A DNA stretch of 64,000 nt from NCBI RefSeq assembly GCF_009834535.1, contig NC_045711.1, positions 11,966,001 to 12,030,000 of the forward strand, in the 5' to 3' direction. A program made the position numbers and the translations under genes. The stretch is from Camelus ferus (Eukaryota). Positions 1-14,680 of the stretch are shown here, one piece after another; position 1 is the stretch's first letter, and every line of letters begins with the position of its first letter. The notes under the pieces were generated by a model, which did not search any database, was not told the DNA's origin, and saw only the letters and a program-made list of their open reading frames with translations.

Positions 1-179
1 GGCAGAAGTTCTGGGCGGGGTGGAAGGAGGGAAGTGGGGAGGCAGTGCTGTGGGACAAGGCGTCCTCTGCAGTGAGCGTGGAGCAGGGCTTGGCGCGGTT
101 CCCTTTGTGGGGTGGGTGGCTGTAACGACCACTGTGTGGGGTCAGGGTCTGATGGTGCGCCGCCTCCTCGGAGGTTTAG

Positions 180-2132
<1,953 letters not shown>

Positions 2133-2540
2133 GGGTGAGCAGCACGCAGTGGCACCTGGCTAGGTGAAGGGCGGCTCTGGGGGTGCTTGTCCTCTCCCCT
2201 CCCCCATGGGGTGCAGGCTCCTGGTCTGGCTCCCTTGTACATAGTTCCTGGTGACAAAGTTCCCTGTTGAAGTTCTGGTCCCATTTCTGCCAGGCCTTTT
2301 GTCTTGTCCTCCACTTGTGCTGTCTCAGAACCCACTCACCTGGCTGTGGTGTTCTCCTTCCTGGCCCCTAACCCAGGCCTGTCCCCAAATCAAGGATCCC
2401 TTCTTGCCTGTGGCTTGATTGGGGGGTAAAGGGTATTTTAACTTCTTAGGGGTAGTTCCTGCTCTGGTTGTTACATCTGATCCTCGGGAAGAACAAAGCG
2501 AAAGCTGCCTTTTGTCTGTTATTTTATTTTTTGAAGTTTA

Positions 2541-2546
2541 AATAAA
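2541..2546 (+). terminator. POLR2A polyadenylation signal
   Basis: AATAAA about 410 nt after the stop, with a GT-rich element downstream. Confidence 0.8.
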
Positions 2547-3458
2547 GTTTACTAATTTTGACCAAAAGTGTGTGCATTGAGTGCTTATTTGGGAGGCAGG
2601 AATACCCAGGCCCTTCTCCCTTCCCTAGGCTGCTGATCCATTTATCATGTCTTAGCTGAGCCCTGCTCCAGGGAGAGGCGGGGAAATGAGCGCAGACAGT
2701 GCGTCTTTCACTGAACACGTGCTCTGTGCGCGGGCTTCGTGGTCGAACAGATGTGGGCCTCCGTCCTGCATTAAAGCAGTATTGACATAAAATCTTTTCA
2801 ACTGATTTTCCTGATTATCAGAATACGTAATTTAGAACAGTACAAAAAAGTGTAGTTGGGAAGCAGGAGAATTATTGCTGGTAAGGCCACCACCAGGAGG
2901 CATATTTTCTTCGGGTATTTTTCCTACAGTTTTCTCAGATCACTTCCAACCAGTCTCTGGCCTCCAACTAACAATGAGATTATGGATACTAGAAAGTTTC
3001 AAAGCTGAGGTTAAAGGACTTAGTGATAATTTGCTGTCTCCAGTTGGCCATATTCTGTTTCATTAGTTCCTTAATGTGGACATCCACTTTCTGTGTCCTC
3101 TGCAAATTGTGCTTCACCTCAGGTGTTTTAAATTTATTTTAAACTTTGAAATAGTTCAAAGAATAGAAAGTAACATGGCCTGGATCTATTTATCACTAAG
3201 ATTATAGATGCTAGATACCATTTTGCAATATTTAATCCAGATCTTACATTGTTTTGAAAGAGATGAATTGTTTTTATGGAAGGATACATGTTTATTATAA
3301 AAGATCCAAGCACTGTAGAAAGAAAAAAAAAAGTAAGATCTCCCTAATTCCCACCACCAAGAGACTACTGCTGGCAATTGGTGAACGTAATTGCAGACAT
3401 CTCACTATGTAGAATGACAGGAGATTAGATAGAAATTGTTTAATGGGATAATTTACAT

Positions 3459-3775
3459 ATGGTCTTGAGTTTGGGCTGCTAACACAATACCGTAGACGTG
3501 TTTATAAACATTTCTCATTTCTGGAGGCTGGGAAGCCAAGATCAAGGCACTGGCAGATTCTGTGCCTGGTGAGGGTTTGGTGCCTGGTGAGGGTTTGCTC
3601 CCTGGTTCACAAAAGGCCAACTTCTCACTGTGTCCTCACTTGGCGGAAGGGGAGCTCTCTGGAGCCTCATAATGAAGTCACTAATCCCATTCATGAAGGC
3701 TCCACCCTCATGACTTAAGCACCTCTTAAAAGCCCCGCCTCCAAATCCCATCACCTTGGGGATTACATGAGGATG
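3459..3775. mobile_element. MaLR (MLT1-like) solo LTR
   Basis: Motifs ctggaggctgggaagccaagatcaagg, aatcccattcatgaaggctccaccctcatgac and ccaaatcccatcaccttgggg are typical of MLT1. Contains an 18-nt tandem duplication gtgcctggtgagggtttg. Confidence 0.7.
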
Positions 3776-3959
3776 TGGGGGAGGTAGCCTATATATAGCA
3801 CATACTACTTAATAAATTGAATTTTTATGAAGAAAAAAAGAGACTGCTGAATTTGGTGGATGTCACATGACTGATATCTTCCCATAAGAAATAGTCCTAG
3901 AAGGAGGTCCCTCTAGCAAGAAATAAATATTGGGAAAACAATGAGAAGTTAATAATGTT

Positions 3960-6900
3960 ATGCTATTTTTAAAAACATTGAGAGTTTAGATAGTATGACT
4001 GATTTCCTACAGTTTTCTTGTGTCCCCCTTCCTATGTTTTCTGTTTTGTATTTTGTTTTTGTTTTAATCTGATGTGCTTTAAAAGGCACATCTGTTGTAA
4101 GAAATTGCATGCATGGCCTTCTGTCTTCCCCAGAGGTAACCACTATCTTGAATTTTGTGTTTTGTGTTAATCTTTTGTTTTACTTTATAGACCACTACGC
4201 ATACATCCTTAAGGATGTTATGTTTTTGAACGTCATATAAATGCCATCACACTTGATATATCCTTTGTGACATACTTCTTTTAGTCAACATGAAGTTTTA
4301 GAGATTCATTCATGTTGAGGTTTATAACTATCCATGGACTTTTACTATAGAATAGACTCTATTACATTGTTTAAATATATACTTTATCCATGCTACTGTG
4401 TTGGGTTGTTTTTTTTTTTAAGATTCAAGACCCTTAATAAAAGGTCTTTATCTCAGAAGAGATAATAACACTTTCATAGTGACGTCTGTAAAGTAAAAAC
4501 AAGTAGACGGTATTATCCATCCATGCTACTGTTGATGGGTGTCTGTTTATTACAACATTGCCACCATGAAAATTCCTGCACCTGTCCAATGTGCACACAT
4601 GCATGGGTCGCTCAAGGGTATATCCTGGAAATGGAATCGCTGAACTGGCTCATTTGGATATGTATTAGGTAATATCAAACCCTTGCAAAATGATTCTACT
4701 AGTTTACCACCCCACCAGCAGTGGATGAGAATTTAACTTGTTCCACCATCTTTTCAATATGTGGTATTGCCCAAATTAAAATTTTTTGTCTAGCTGTGAA
4801 ATAGTATTTCATTATGCTTTTAATTTGCAATTCCTAGGTTACCAAGGAGGCTGAGCATCTTCTAATTAAGGGTCAACTGTTTTCTCTTCTATGAAATATG
4901 TGTTTGTCTTCTTCCCGTTTCCCCCTTTGGTTATGTCTTTTCTGGTTGATTTTAGGAGATATTTAAATATTTTGGATACTAATCTTTTGTCAATTATCTA
5001 TGTTGCAAGTAATCTTCCAATTTAATGGCTTGGCCTTTTACTCTGGATCATGTCTTGTGTACTTATTGTAGTTGAATTTATGAATATTTAAAATGGTTTG
5101 TCTTTTTGTATGTTGTTAATAAATCCATCCTTACTCTATACAATAATCTCCTTTATTATCCTACAGAAGTTTTATAGTTTGCCCTTTTACCTCTAGGTCT
5201 TTAATTCACCTAAAATTGATTTTTATTCAGTGTGAAGAAGCAATCCAATTTCATTGTTTTCCACGTAGATAAGCAATTATCATAATTTATTAAATGACTC
5301 ATCCTGGTCAGACTATTTGACTACCTTCTCTGTCTGAGTTGTTTTCACATGGATTTCAGTCCATTTCTGGGTTCTTCATTCTGTTCTTTTGATCTATTTT
5401 CTCTTCCTCTGCTAATACCACATTATTTTTAATTGCTATACTTTTTATTATATTTTGAGTATCAGGTAAAGCAACTCCCCCTCAACTTCTTCTTCAAGGA
5501 TATTTTAGCTATTTTTGGCCCTTTGCTATTCTAGAACTTATTAAAATCTGGCCCTCCAAAATAACCCAGCAAAGATTTTGTTAAAGTTCATTAAATCTAT
5601 AGCCCAGTGTGGACAAGACCTCCCCACATTCTATTTTACTATCCTAAAGCATGTGGGGAAAAAATAAAATTAAATAGGTGAATCTTTCCATTTATGTAGT
5701 TTTTCTTTTACATCCTTTAAAAAATTATATAGTTTTTCTTCATAGAGTTTACACTTCTTTGGCAGATTTGTCTTTAGGTTCTTTATATTTTTATTGACAT
5801 GATATAGTATCTTTTTTCATACCTCATTTTTACCATCTTAATATACAGAAAGGAAATTCCTTTTGGTATATTGATTTTATATCCAGTGAACTCTGTAATC
5901 TCTCCTTTTTTTTTTTTTTTTTTTTTTTGGAATCTCTCTCTTTTTAAAAAAACTTTTATTTGGTTGGGGGAGAGGTAACTAGGTCTTTATTTATTTATAT
6001 GGAGGTACTGGGGATTGAACCCAGGACCTTGTGCATGCGAAGCATGTGCTCTACCTCTGAGCTCTACCCTCCTGCCCCTGTAATCTCTCTTAATAATCTA
6101 TTATGTGTAGGGTTTTTTCTGTTTTACACATAGGCAGTCATACATATCATACACACATAATGCCAAGTTTGTTTCTTACCAATTATTGAAACTTTTATTT
6201 CTTGTGCTACTGTGCTCTGAAGACTCTGGGTAACTTGTTGACTAGGAGAATAACTCATCTGCGTCAGCTCTTTTTCTTAAAAAAGAATGCTTTCATTGTT
6301 TCACCATGAAGTGATGTGTGCTACAGTTTTTTCTTTTTAATAAACTTTTATCAAGTTAAGGAAATACCCTTCTGTGTCTAGTTTGCTAAAGGATCTTATT
6401 ATGAATGAATATTAAATTTTATAAAATTTTTTTTCTCCAAGGTTTTTACACCATTTTTATACCAAAGTTTTCCTGGCCTCAAAAGATGTTGGGGAGTATT
6501 CCCTCATTTCCTGTTCTTTCAGAATATGGGATTATCTGTTTTCCCAATATTTGGCAACGCTCACCTGAACTGGGCAGGCCAGATGCTTGGTATTTTCTTT
6601 GTGGAAAGATAGTTACGTACTGATTCAATTAACTCAGTTAATAATAGGATTAGTCATGCTTTCTATTTCTTTTTGATTTAGTTTTAATAAATTGTATTTA
6701 CGAAATCCTAGGAACTTGTTTTCAAATAAAGTTATTTATATAGCTTATTTTTATTGCCCGTTTAATTTCTGCTGTTTCTGGAGTTGTGGCACCATTTTCT
6801 TTCCTGTATTGTTATGTATTCTGTAACCACCTTGCCCTGGAGCTGTCTCTTTTTTACTTTTAAATAATGAACTTTTGGTTTTGTTGATCCTATTACATGT

Positions 6901-8529
6901 TTGAATTCCCATTAATTTCTGTTCTTAATTAATATAGTGATTCCTGCCTTTCTACCTTCTTTGGGTTCATTCTGCTGTTCTTTTAATTGTTTCATTAATT
7001 TGAGCATATGCTTTTTAGCTGTAAACAGTTATATTGTACGTATGTTAAAGACGTTAAGAGGAAAACAACAGTCTTTTATATTTACCTAGATATTTAGCAT
7101 TTCCTATGCTCTCATTCCTTCCTGAAAGTCTGAGTTTCCCTCTGGTATCATGTCCCTTCAACCTGAAGAACTTCCTTTAGTACTTCTTATAGAGCAGGGC
7201 TGTTGGTGACAAACGACCTTAGTTATCTTTTATCTGAACATGTCTATTTCACCTTCATTCCTAAAGGATATCTTCACTGGATATAAGATTTTGGAGCAAG
7301 AGGGTTTTGTTTTTGTGTTTCAGCATTTCCCCTGCACTTTCCCTCATTCTTTTTTCCCCCAAAAAATCCATGATGAGTGAAATACTAACATTTTAAATTT
7401 TAGAAGGATCAATACTAGCGATTTTTTCCACATTTGCCTCTGGGCCCAGCGTGGCTTGGCACGATCTTCACAGGTGTCATGCTGCAGGCTCTCCCGACTC
7501 CCGGGGCCTTGTTTGCTTCTGTTTTATCACTCCAGATTATGAGCCGCTCTTTTTCCTTGGAACTTTATCTGTGGGAGAACTTTGAGTCCTTGATCGAAGT
7601 GGCATACCTATAGAGACAATTTGTATTTGCTTTTTCCAGGCACACTTCTGTGCTAGCAACCTGGGAACCCTTGGCGTTTTGGTGAGGTTTTCTTGGGCTC
7701 CCCAGGCAGTGTGAATTTGAGCACAAATTGTGCAAGGGCTGGGTTGTAGTTTCAGGCTTTCAGGAAAGATTATATTTTTCCTTCCATTCAAGGTTCAAGG
7801 TCAAGACAGGCAAGTCCCGTTGCTCCTTCCCTCCTAAAATGGATTTTTGGGTTTTGTTTTCATATGCTTTTATGTTGAGTTTGTAGGAGGTCCTAATTAT
7901 ATGCCGACATCTCTCATTATCTTGGTAGAGCCCTGGGCTTTATCTCCTGTTCCCTGCATCTCGGAAAACAGTCTGCCCAAGACTCAAGGTCTGTGTTTCA
8001 CAGAAACCCTTGGGGAGAAAAGCTGGCTTTGGCACTCACTTATCTCCTAGGCTTCCTGATTGTACTTCATTTTGGCCTCTGTAGGAATATTTCTATTAGT
8101 GTCAGCTCAGCAGTGTTTTTTAAGAGTTTTTAAAAATAGAATATTTCATTTGCAGTTTTCATCTTTTCAATTAGGAGAGCTGTGTAGGCTGTCTGGCCTG
8201 CTGGATGGCCGTTCTACCTCCTGACTGTGGCTTTTAGCCTTTTTACTTTGTCAGGGTTTATAACATTTACTTTCTGTTCTGCAAATATAACCCCTCCAGT
8301 TACGTGGTCTTATTGATGTATTTAAATGTCTCATCTCTAGTCTTACCACTGCCTCTCCACTGTCATCTTTTTTATTCACCTCTCTACATATTTTTCAGAA
8401 AGTGCTCGTAATTACTTTGTTATAGTCCCCGATCTTTTATTTTTGAGATTGATTCCTGTAGCCTTCGAAATTCAGGCACATCTTGGCTGGATATTTCTTT
8501 CCCTCAGAATTTTATAGACATTGGATGTT
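3960..8529 (-). mobile_element. Old, fragmented L1 (L1M-type) sequence
   Basis: AT-rich, T-rich decayed sequence with reverse-strand L1 ORF2 and 3'UTR-like phrases. It resumes after 11810. Boundaries approximate. Confidence 0.6.
5905..6077 (-). mobile_element. Camelid-type tRNA-Ala-derived SINE (vic-1-like)
   Basis: Reverse complement of the tRNA-like head plus poly(T) tail; 12-bp target-site duplication ctgtaatctctc at 5893-5904 and 6078-6089. Confidence 0.85.
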
Positions 8530-11500
8530 TGTATTGGTCAGGGTTCTCCAGAGAAATAGAACCAGCAAGGGAAAAAAAACAAACCCATATATATATGGCT
8601 CAAGGCTCAACAATTATGAAAGCTGAGAAGTCCCATGATCTGCAAGCTGAAGACCCCAGAAAGCCCTTGGGGTAATTCAGCCCAAGTTCGAGGGGCTGAA
8701 AAGAAGAGATGAGATCTCCCAGCTCAAGCAAGTAAGGCTGGAAAGAAAAGGGGTGAATTTCTCCTTCCTCCATTTTTTGTTCTATTCAGGCCTTCAATGG
8801 ATTGGCTGCTGCCCACCCACACTGGGGAGGGCCTCCACTTTACTGAGGCTACCAATTCAAGTGTTAATCTCATCAAGAACACCTTTACAGATACACTCAG
8901 AAATAAGTGTAATCTGGGCCCCCGGCATCAGTCAAGTTGACATATAACCATGATAAGTCCACCCCTTGTCAACTTGGCACCCATGTGCATCTCCTGAAAC
9001 CAGACTTAATCTCCAAATAAAGACAATAACAAAATCAGAATTCCTGATACAACTGTCCAATGTACAATGGAAAGCACACTAACTCCTTCCCCAGAAAACT
9101 AAAGTCCTTGAGTGGTGTTTACTCTTCTTCTTAATATGCCATAACTTAAATACTAGATGTAAAATTAACAACACTTAAATACTATGATAGAAAGTCAATA
9201 CATCTTATGTTACCTGATAAGGGAACAAGAGGAAAGAAAACCAAGATACACGTGCACAAACATACTCGTAAAAAAATATGGAGGAAATATTCATAATAAT
9301 TACGGTCCTCATTTCTGTAACTAGCCATGTGGTCATAGCTGGCATTTCTAATTACCTTCTTCTACCCAATCTGTGTTCCCTTTGCCTTTAGCAAGCACCT
9401 CAGCTGGTTGTGGTTCTTTGCCTGGTGGGGTGACCCAAAGCTCCATTCCTGAAGGGTCTAGCCATTACTAATCCTTCCTCAATTGGGTTGTTACAGTTTT
9501 CCATTGACTTTATTTTTCAAAAAAATCTTTATTTTTTTTTTGATTGGGGGTAGGTAATTGGGTTTATTTATTTGTTTATTCATTTGTAATGGAGGTACTA
9601 GGGACTGAACCCAGGACCGTGCGCATGCTAGGTATATGCTCTACCACTGAGCTGTACCCTGCCCTCTCCATTGACTAGTCACAGGACATGGTAATACTAC
9701 GAGATGCCTGTATTCCACACATGCTCTTCCTTACCTCCCTTGTGGAGAAGTAGTCCAATTTCCATTTGGCGTCGGGATCAGTCACCCCACTCAGCCAACA
9801 CCGTCACTCCCTTCTTTGCCTATTGATTCAGAAGCATGAGGAGCCCAAAGTGGCCAAGCGGCAATCTTAACTTCCAGTTCAATGGAATCATTGTTCTGTC
9901 CTCTGATGGAAGCATCCTTCCCTCTGGAACTAAGACCTGGAGGCCAGCAGAGCGTAAAGTCACAGGAACAGGAAGCAAAAACTTTGCTGGGGGATCATTG
10001 GGGTGACAGTAAGTGGTGCCACTCCCTTGATTCCTGGACCCAAGAACCCTGGCTATCAGACAATCAGCACCATGTACTGAATGCTGGTTCAGAGCATATA
10101 CAGCCTCCTGGAGAACCTTGCCCCAGCCCTGCAGGTACCGCCACCTAGCTGGCACTGTAACTGAGTCTTCAGAAGGCCATTACATAGTTCTTTCAAACCA
10201 GTTGCTTCAGGATGGTGAGGAATACGGTAAAACCAGTGAATTCTGTGAGCGGGGGCCTATAGCCACGCTTCTTTTGCTGTGAAGTGAGTCCTTTGATCAG
10301 AGGCAATGTGCTGTGAAATACCATGACATGTGGATAAGTCACTCGGTAAGTCCAGGGATGGTTATTTTGGCAGAAGCATTCCATGCAGGGAAGGCAGATC
10401 GTATCTAGGGCGTCTATTCCACGCCCCTTCCACAGTGGAAACCGTCCAATGTAATCAGCCTGCCAGCATCTCTCTGTCACTGACACTTCAGGCACCATTG
10501 GACCTGCTGGATCCTCTGGCCCGTGTGGCCCAGCAGCCTGCATGGCAGCCTGCACCTGTCACAGGGCCCTTTCTTGTTCTGGGCCCCCCTCAAAACAGCT
10601 TTTAGGGTCACTCAGTAAATGGGCCAAAGTGACACACCCAAATGAGGACTATATTGCCTCCAAAATCCAGAGAAGCCACCTAGGCATTGTGCCTCTTTCT
10701 TTGGTTGTGAGAGGGACCAGATACAACTTACCCTCCGCCTTAGAAGGGATATCTCATACTCTACACCACCGGACCCCCAGAAGAACCCTGAATTTTAGTC
10801 GGATTTATTCCCCACCCTCTGACACACAAGCATCTTACCAGTAAGTCCAGAGTAGCTGCTACTTCTCACTCACTAGACCCAGACATCATAATGTTGTCCC
10901 TGTTATGGACCAGAGCGAGCGATAGCTTGTGGAAGGGAAAGGGGATCACGATTCCTAGCCTAAGTTGTGACATAGGGCTGGAGGGTTGATACATCAGTAA
11001 GGTAGGAGAGTGAAGGTGTACTGCTGAGCTGAAAGCCAGCTGCCTCTGCTGGGCCTTCTGGACAAAGATCGAGAGAAAGGCATTCGCTAGATCAGCAGCT
11101 GCATGCCAGGTAGCAGCGGGCGTGTTAACTTACTGTTAATTTACTCAAGCAATGAAATCGCATCTGGTGCAGCAGCTGCTGTCGGCTTCTTCACCTGCTT
11201 AAGCTAATGATAATCGACTGTCATTATTGCTTGATTTTTGTACTAGGGTTCTCACGAGAAACAGAACCAGTAGGAGATACAGATATTTATTAATATATAT
11301 TAACAAATCTCTCTATATATAATATGATAGGTAGATAGATAGATAGGTAAGTAGATAGATAGATAGACAGACAGACAGGTTTATTATGAGNNNNNNNNNN
11401 NNNNNNNNNNNNNNNNNNNNNNNNNNNNNNNNNNNNNNNNNNNNNNNNNNNNNNNNNNNNNNNNNNNNNNNNNNNNNNNNNNNNNNNNNNNNNNNNNNNN

Positions 11501-11810
11501 NNNNNNNNNNNNNNNNNNNNNAATCCCAGTCTGAGAGTCAAAGCAGATGAGATGAGATGTCCCAGCTCAGCCAAGTGAGGTGGGGAAAAAGGGGGATGAA
11601 TTTCTCTTTCTTCTGCCTTTTGCTCTATTCAGGCTTTCAACGGATTGTAAGACGCCCACCCAAACTGGGGAGGGCAACCTACTTTCCTGAGTCCATGGAT
11701 GCAAATGCTAATCTCATCCAGAAACACCCTCACAGACACACTCAAGAAATAATGTTTAATCCGGGCATCCCACGGCCAGTCAAGCTGACATCACAGAATT
11801 AACCAGCACA
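8530..11810 (-). mobile_element. ERV-L provirus, internally deleted, bounded by two MLT2-type LTRs
   Basis: LTRs at about 8530-8955 and 11240-11810; polypurine-tract complement agtccacccc next to the left LTR. Minus-strand pol remnants: RT (MTVDYH...), integrase (IASDQRTHFTAKE near 10300) and dUTPase (MIPLNWKLRLPLGHFGLL near 9850). The flanking L1 reads through across the insertion. Confidence 0.85.
9510..9666 (-). mobile_element. Camelid-type tRNA-derived SINE inserted in the ERV-L
   Basis: Same SINE body; 10-bp target-site duplication tccattgact at 9500-9509 and 9667-9676. Confidence 0.85.
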
Positions 11811-12809
11811 AGTTTCTTCTGTCATTGAATGCTGCTTTGGAGAAATCTGAGGCCACCCTGATATTTTTCTGTTTCATGTTCCTTTCTAAATACTTGAGGA
11901 ATTATTCGATATCTTTGAAGTCCAATAATNNNNNNNNNNNNNNNNNNNNNNNNNNNNNNNNNNNNNNNNNNNNNNNNNNNNNNNNNNNNNNNNNNNNNNN
12001 NNNNNNNNNNNNNNNNNNNNNNNNNNNNNNNNNNNNNNNNNNNNNNNNNNNNNNNNNNNNNNNNNNGTCGCCTAAAAAGCATAAAATTAACCACTTCCAA
12101 GTGTACAAGTCAGTGGCATTGAGGACATTTACAATGGTGTGCAATCACCACTTCTACCTAGTTCTGGAACATTCTCATTACCCCAAAAGACAACCCCATA
12201 GCCATTAGCAGTCCTTGTTCTCCCTCCTTCCAACTCCTGACAAAAACACCAATTTGCTTTCTGTCTCTATAATCTGGGTGTTTTCTGAACTGTGACATGT
12301 GAATTCTGGCATCTGTAGTGAAGAGCCAAGGCCAAGAACAGCTGGGACACTTGAGGAAGAGCATCTTTGTGGGAATCCAGGAGTCTAGGCGTCCAGCAGA
12401 GAATTTCCAGTACCCTGTTGGAGGGAGGGAAAAAAAAAGCCAAGAACAGATGCATCTTAGAAGACAAGAAGGACAGTTTCACTTTCCCCTCAGGACCCCT
12501 TCTTCCAGGCAGCACAGCCCAGTGCCAAGAGACACCCTGACTCTGGCCAGTGATCTCTCCCAGAGGGGAAGGGGAGAGTGTGGCGAGTGGGTGCCCGGCA
12601 TCCTCACCTGTGCAGGGCACTGCCCAAAAGCCAAATACTTTCTCACCCCAGCCAGAATACAGAGCTGATCAGTGCGGCTGAGAGGTTGAGAAAGGCTGGG
12701 AGTTTGGCACCCAGGGCTCAGAACTCATCACAGGGCTGGGATCTAGTAAATACTCTGAGGACTCCCATCAGGAAGCCTGCACAGAGCTTCTTGGGGCAGG
12801 TAACGCGAA

Positions 12810-13780
12810 AAGATGCTCCACATCNNNNNNNNNNNNNNNNNNNNNNNNNNNNNNNNNNNNNNNNNNNNNNNNNNNNNNNNNNNNNNNNNNNNNNNNNNNN
12901 NNNNNNNNNNNNNNNNNNNNNNNNNNNNNNNNNNNNNNNNNNNNNNNNNNNNNNNNNNNNNNNNNNNNNNNNNNNNNNNNNCAGCCACGATGGAAAACAG
13001 TATGGAGGTTCTTCAACAAATTAAAAATAGACGTACTGTATGATTCAGGAGTCTCACTTCTGGGTAAATATCCGAAGGATATAAAATCGGTATCTGGAAG
13101 AGGTATCTGCACTCCCGTGTTCATTGTAGCATTAGTCAAAATAGCCAAGCTAAGGAAGCAACGTAAGTGTCTACCAGTGGACGAATGGATAAGGAAAAGT
13201 TGATATATAAAATTCAGCCTTAAAATAAGAAGACAATTCTGCCATTTTCAACAAGATGGATAAACCTGGAGGACATTATGCTCAGTGAAAGAAGCCAGAC
13301 ACAGAAAGACAAAAACTGCATTGATCTCACTTATNNNNNNNNNNNNNNNNNNNNNNNNNNNNNNNNNNNNNNNNNNNNNNNNNNNNNNNNNNNNNNNNNN
13401 NNNNNNNNNNNNNNNNNNNNNNNNNNNNNNNNNNNNNNNNNNNNNNNNNNNNNNNNNNNNNNNNNNNNNACCTCCATGTCCAGCATGGTGACTATTACTT
13501 AATAATAATGCTGTATGGACGGGGAGGGGACAGCTCAGTGGGAGAGCGTGTGCATGCACGAGGTCCTGGGTTCAATCCCCAGCACTCCCACTAATAACAA
13601 CAACGAAGTATTATATACTGAAATTTGCTAAGCGATCTCAAGTGTTCTCACCACACACATCCCAAAATGGTAACTCTGAGGTGATGGTTACGTCAATTAG
13701 CTTGATTGTGGCAGTCATTATTCCCATGTTGTACACCTTAAATATATGCAATTTTTATTTTTCAGTCAGACTTCAATAAA
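12810..13780 (+). mobile_element. L1 3' end (ORF2 C-terminus and 3'UTR, L1MA-like)
   Basis: aagatgctccacatc..., atggaaaacagtatggaggttc, ggataaacctggaggacattatgctcagtgaaagaagccagacac, ending caataaagctg. Confidence 0.8.
13521..13600 (+). mobile_element. Short camelid-type tRNA-derived SINE nested in L1
   Basis: ggggaggggacagctcagtgggagagc...gaggtcctgggttcaatccccagcactcc followed by an A-rich tail. Confidence 0.75.
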
Positions 13781-14293
13781 GCTGAGTGGGGGAAATAAAG
13801 CAAGATTCAGGATAATGGTCACCTTATGTTTGGGCTGTCAGTTGAGTGAGAAGCACATAGGTAGATGTAAGTTCTCAATGTTTTCATTCTTGGTTTGGGT
13901 AGTGCATTGACATGTGTTTTTAAAATAAAAATTTTCAGTAAAACAGGGTCATGCATGGAACAGCACTGACAATGTATCATGAACCAATTAAGTTTTTAAA
14001 ATGTAATTCATGAATTTAAGATTAAAGTAGGAACACCAAAGCTTCCTATTGGCGTTTGACAAATATCAATATCCATTCATGATTGAAAAAAAACACACGT
14101 CTTAATAAATAAAATAAATACTTAGAATAAAAGTATACTTTCCTAACCTGATAAATTGAGTCTACCAAAATATATAGGAAATACCATCCTTACTGGTGAA
14201 GCATTAAGATGATGCATTAAGAATGGAGAAACATTCCTTTTTAAGATCCGGAATGAAACAAGCGTGACCTCTATCATCACGTTTATTCATCTT

Positions 14294-14680
14294 CATCCAA
14301 GAAAGGAAGTCTGATCATGTTCCCAATGGCTCTACTTTCGACAGCATAACAGAGAAAACGAAACACGAGACTCACATAAACTTTAAATGCCTCAGCTGCC
14401 TCAAAATTCTAAAAAATCCTTGATTGGTGAACCACATGGAACACCATTTGGAACTTGAGAAGCAGAGGGATGACCCTGGGAAAGCCACGCCCCCTGCCAC
14501 GCCCCACACCTGCCACGCCCCACACCTGCCACATCACCCTGACAGTTGACCCAACACCCATGGACCCTCCAAGGTTTGTCAGTTCCGACTTACCACCTGA
14601 GACACATCAGGCCGTATTACCACACAGGACCATCACAAACCCAGTGAAAGGCCCTACATTTCCCAAGTTTACGATTACAT
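14294..14680 (+). pseudogene. Decayed ZNF280 (SUHW)-family zinc-finger fragment
   Basis: From 14367: ETHINFKCLSCLKILKNP*LVNHMEHHLELEKQRDD, then after frameshifts WESHAPC and DHHKPSERPYISQVYDY. These resemble the ZNF280 motifs as I recall them (KTHTTFKCLSC..MNH.KHHLE.EKQ.NDSWENHTTC and KDHHKPGEMPYVCQVC). Contains a stop and frameshifts. Confidence 0.75.

Noticed and set aside
11290-13559. ORF calls containing runs of X
   Set aside because: Artefacts of translating N runs. The same applies near 28015-28621, 46120-46407, 50965-51425, 52975-53603 and 58146-58425.
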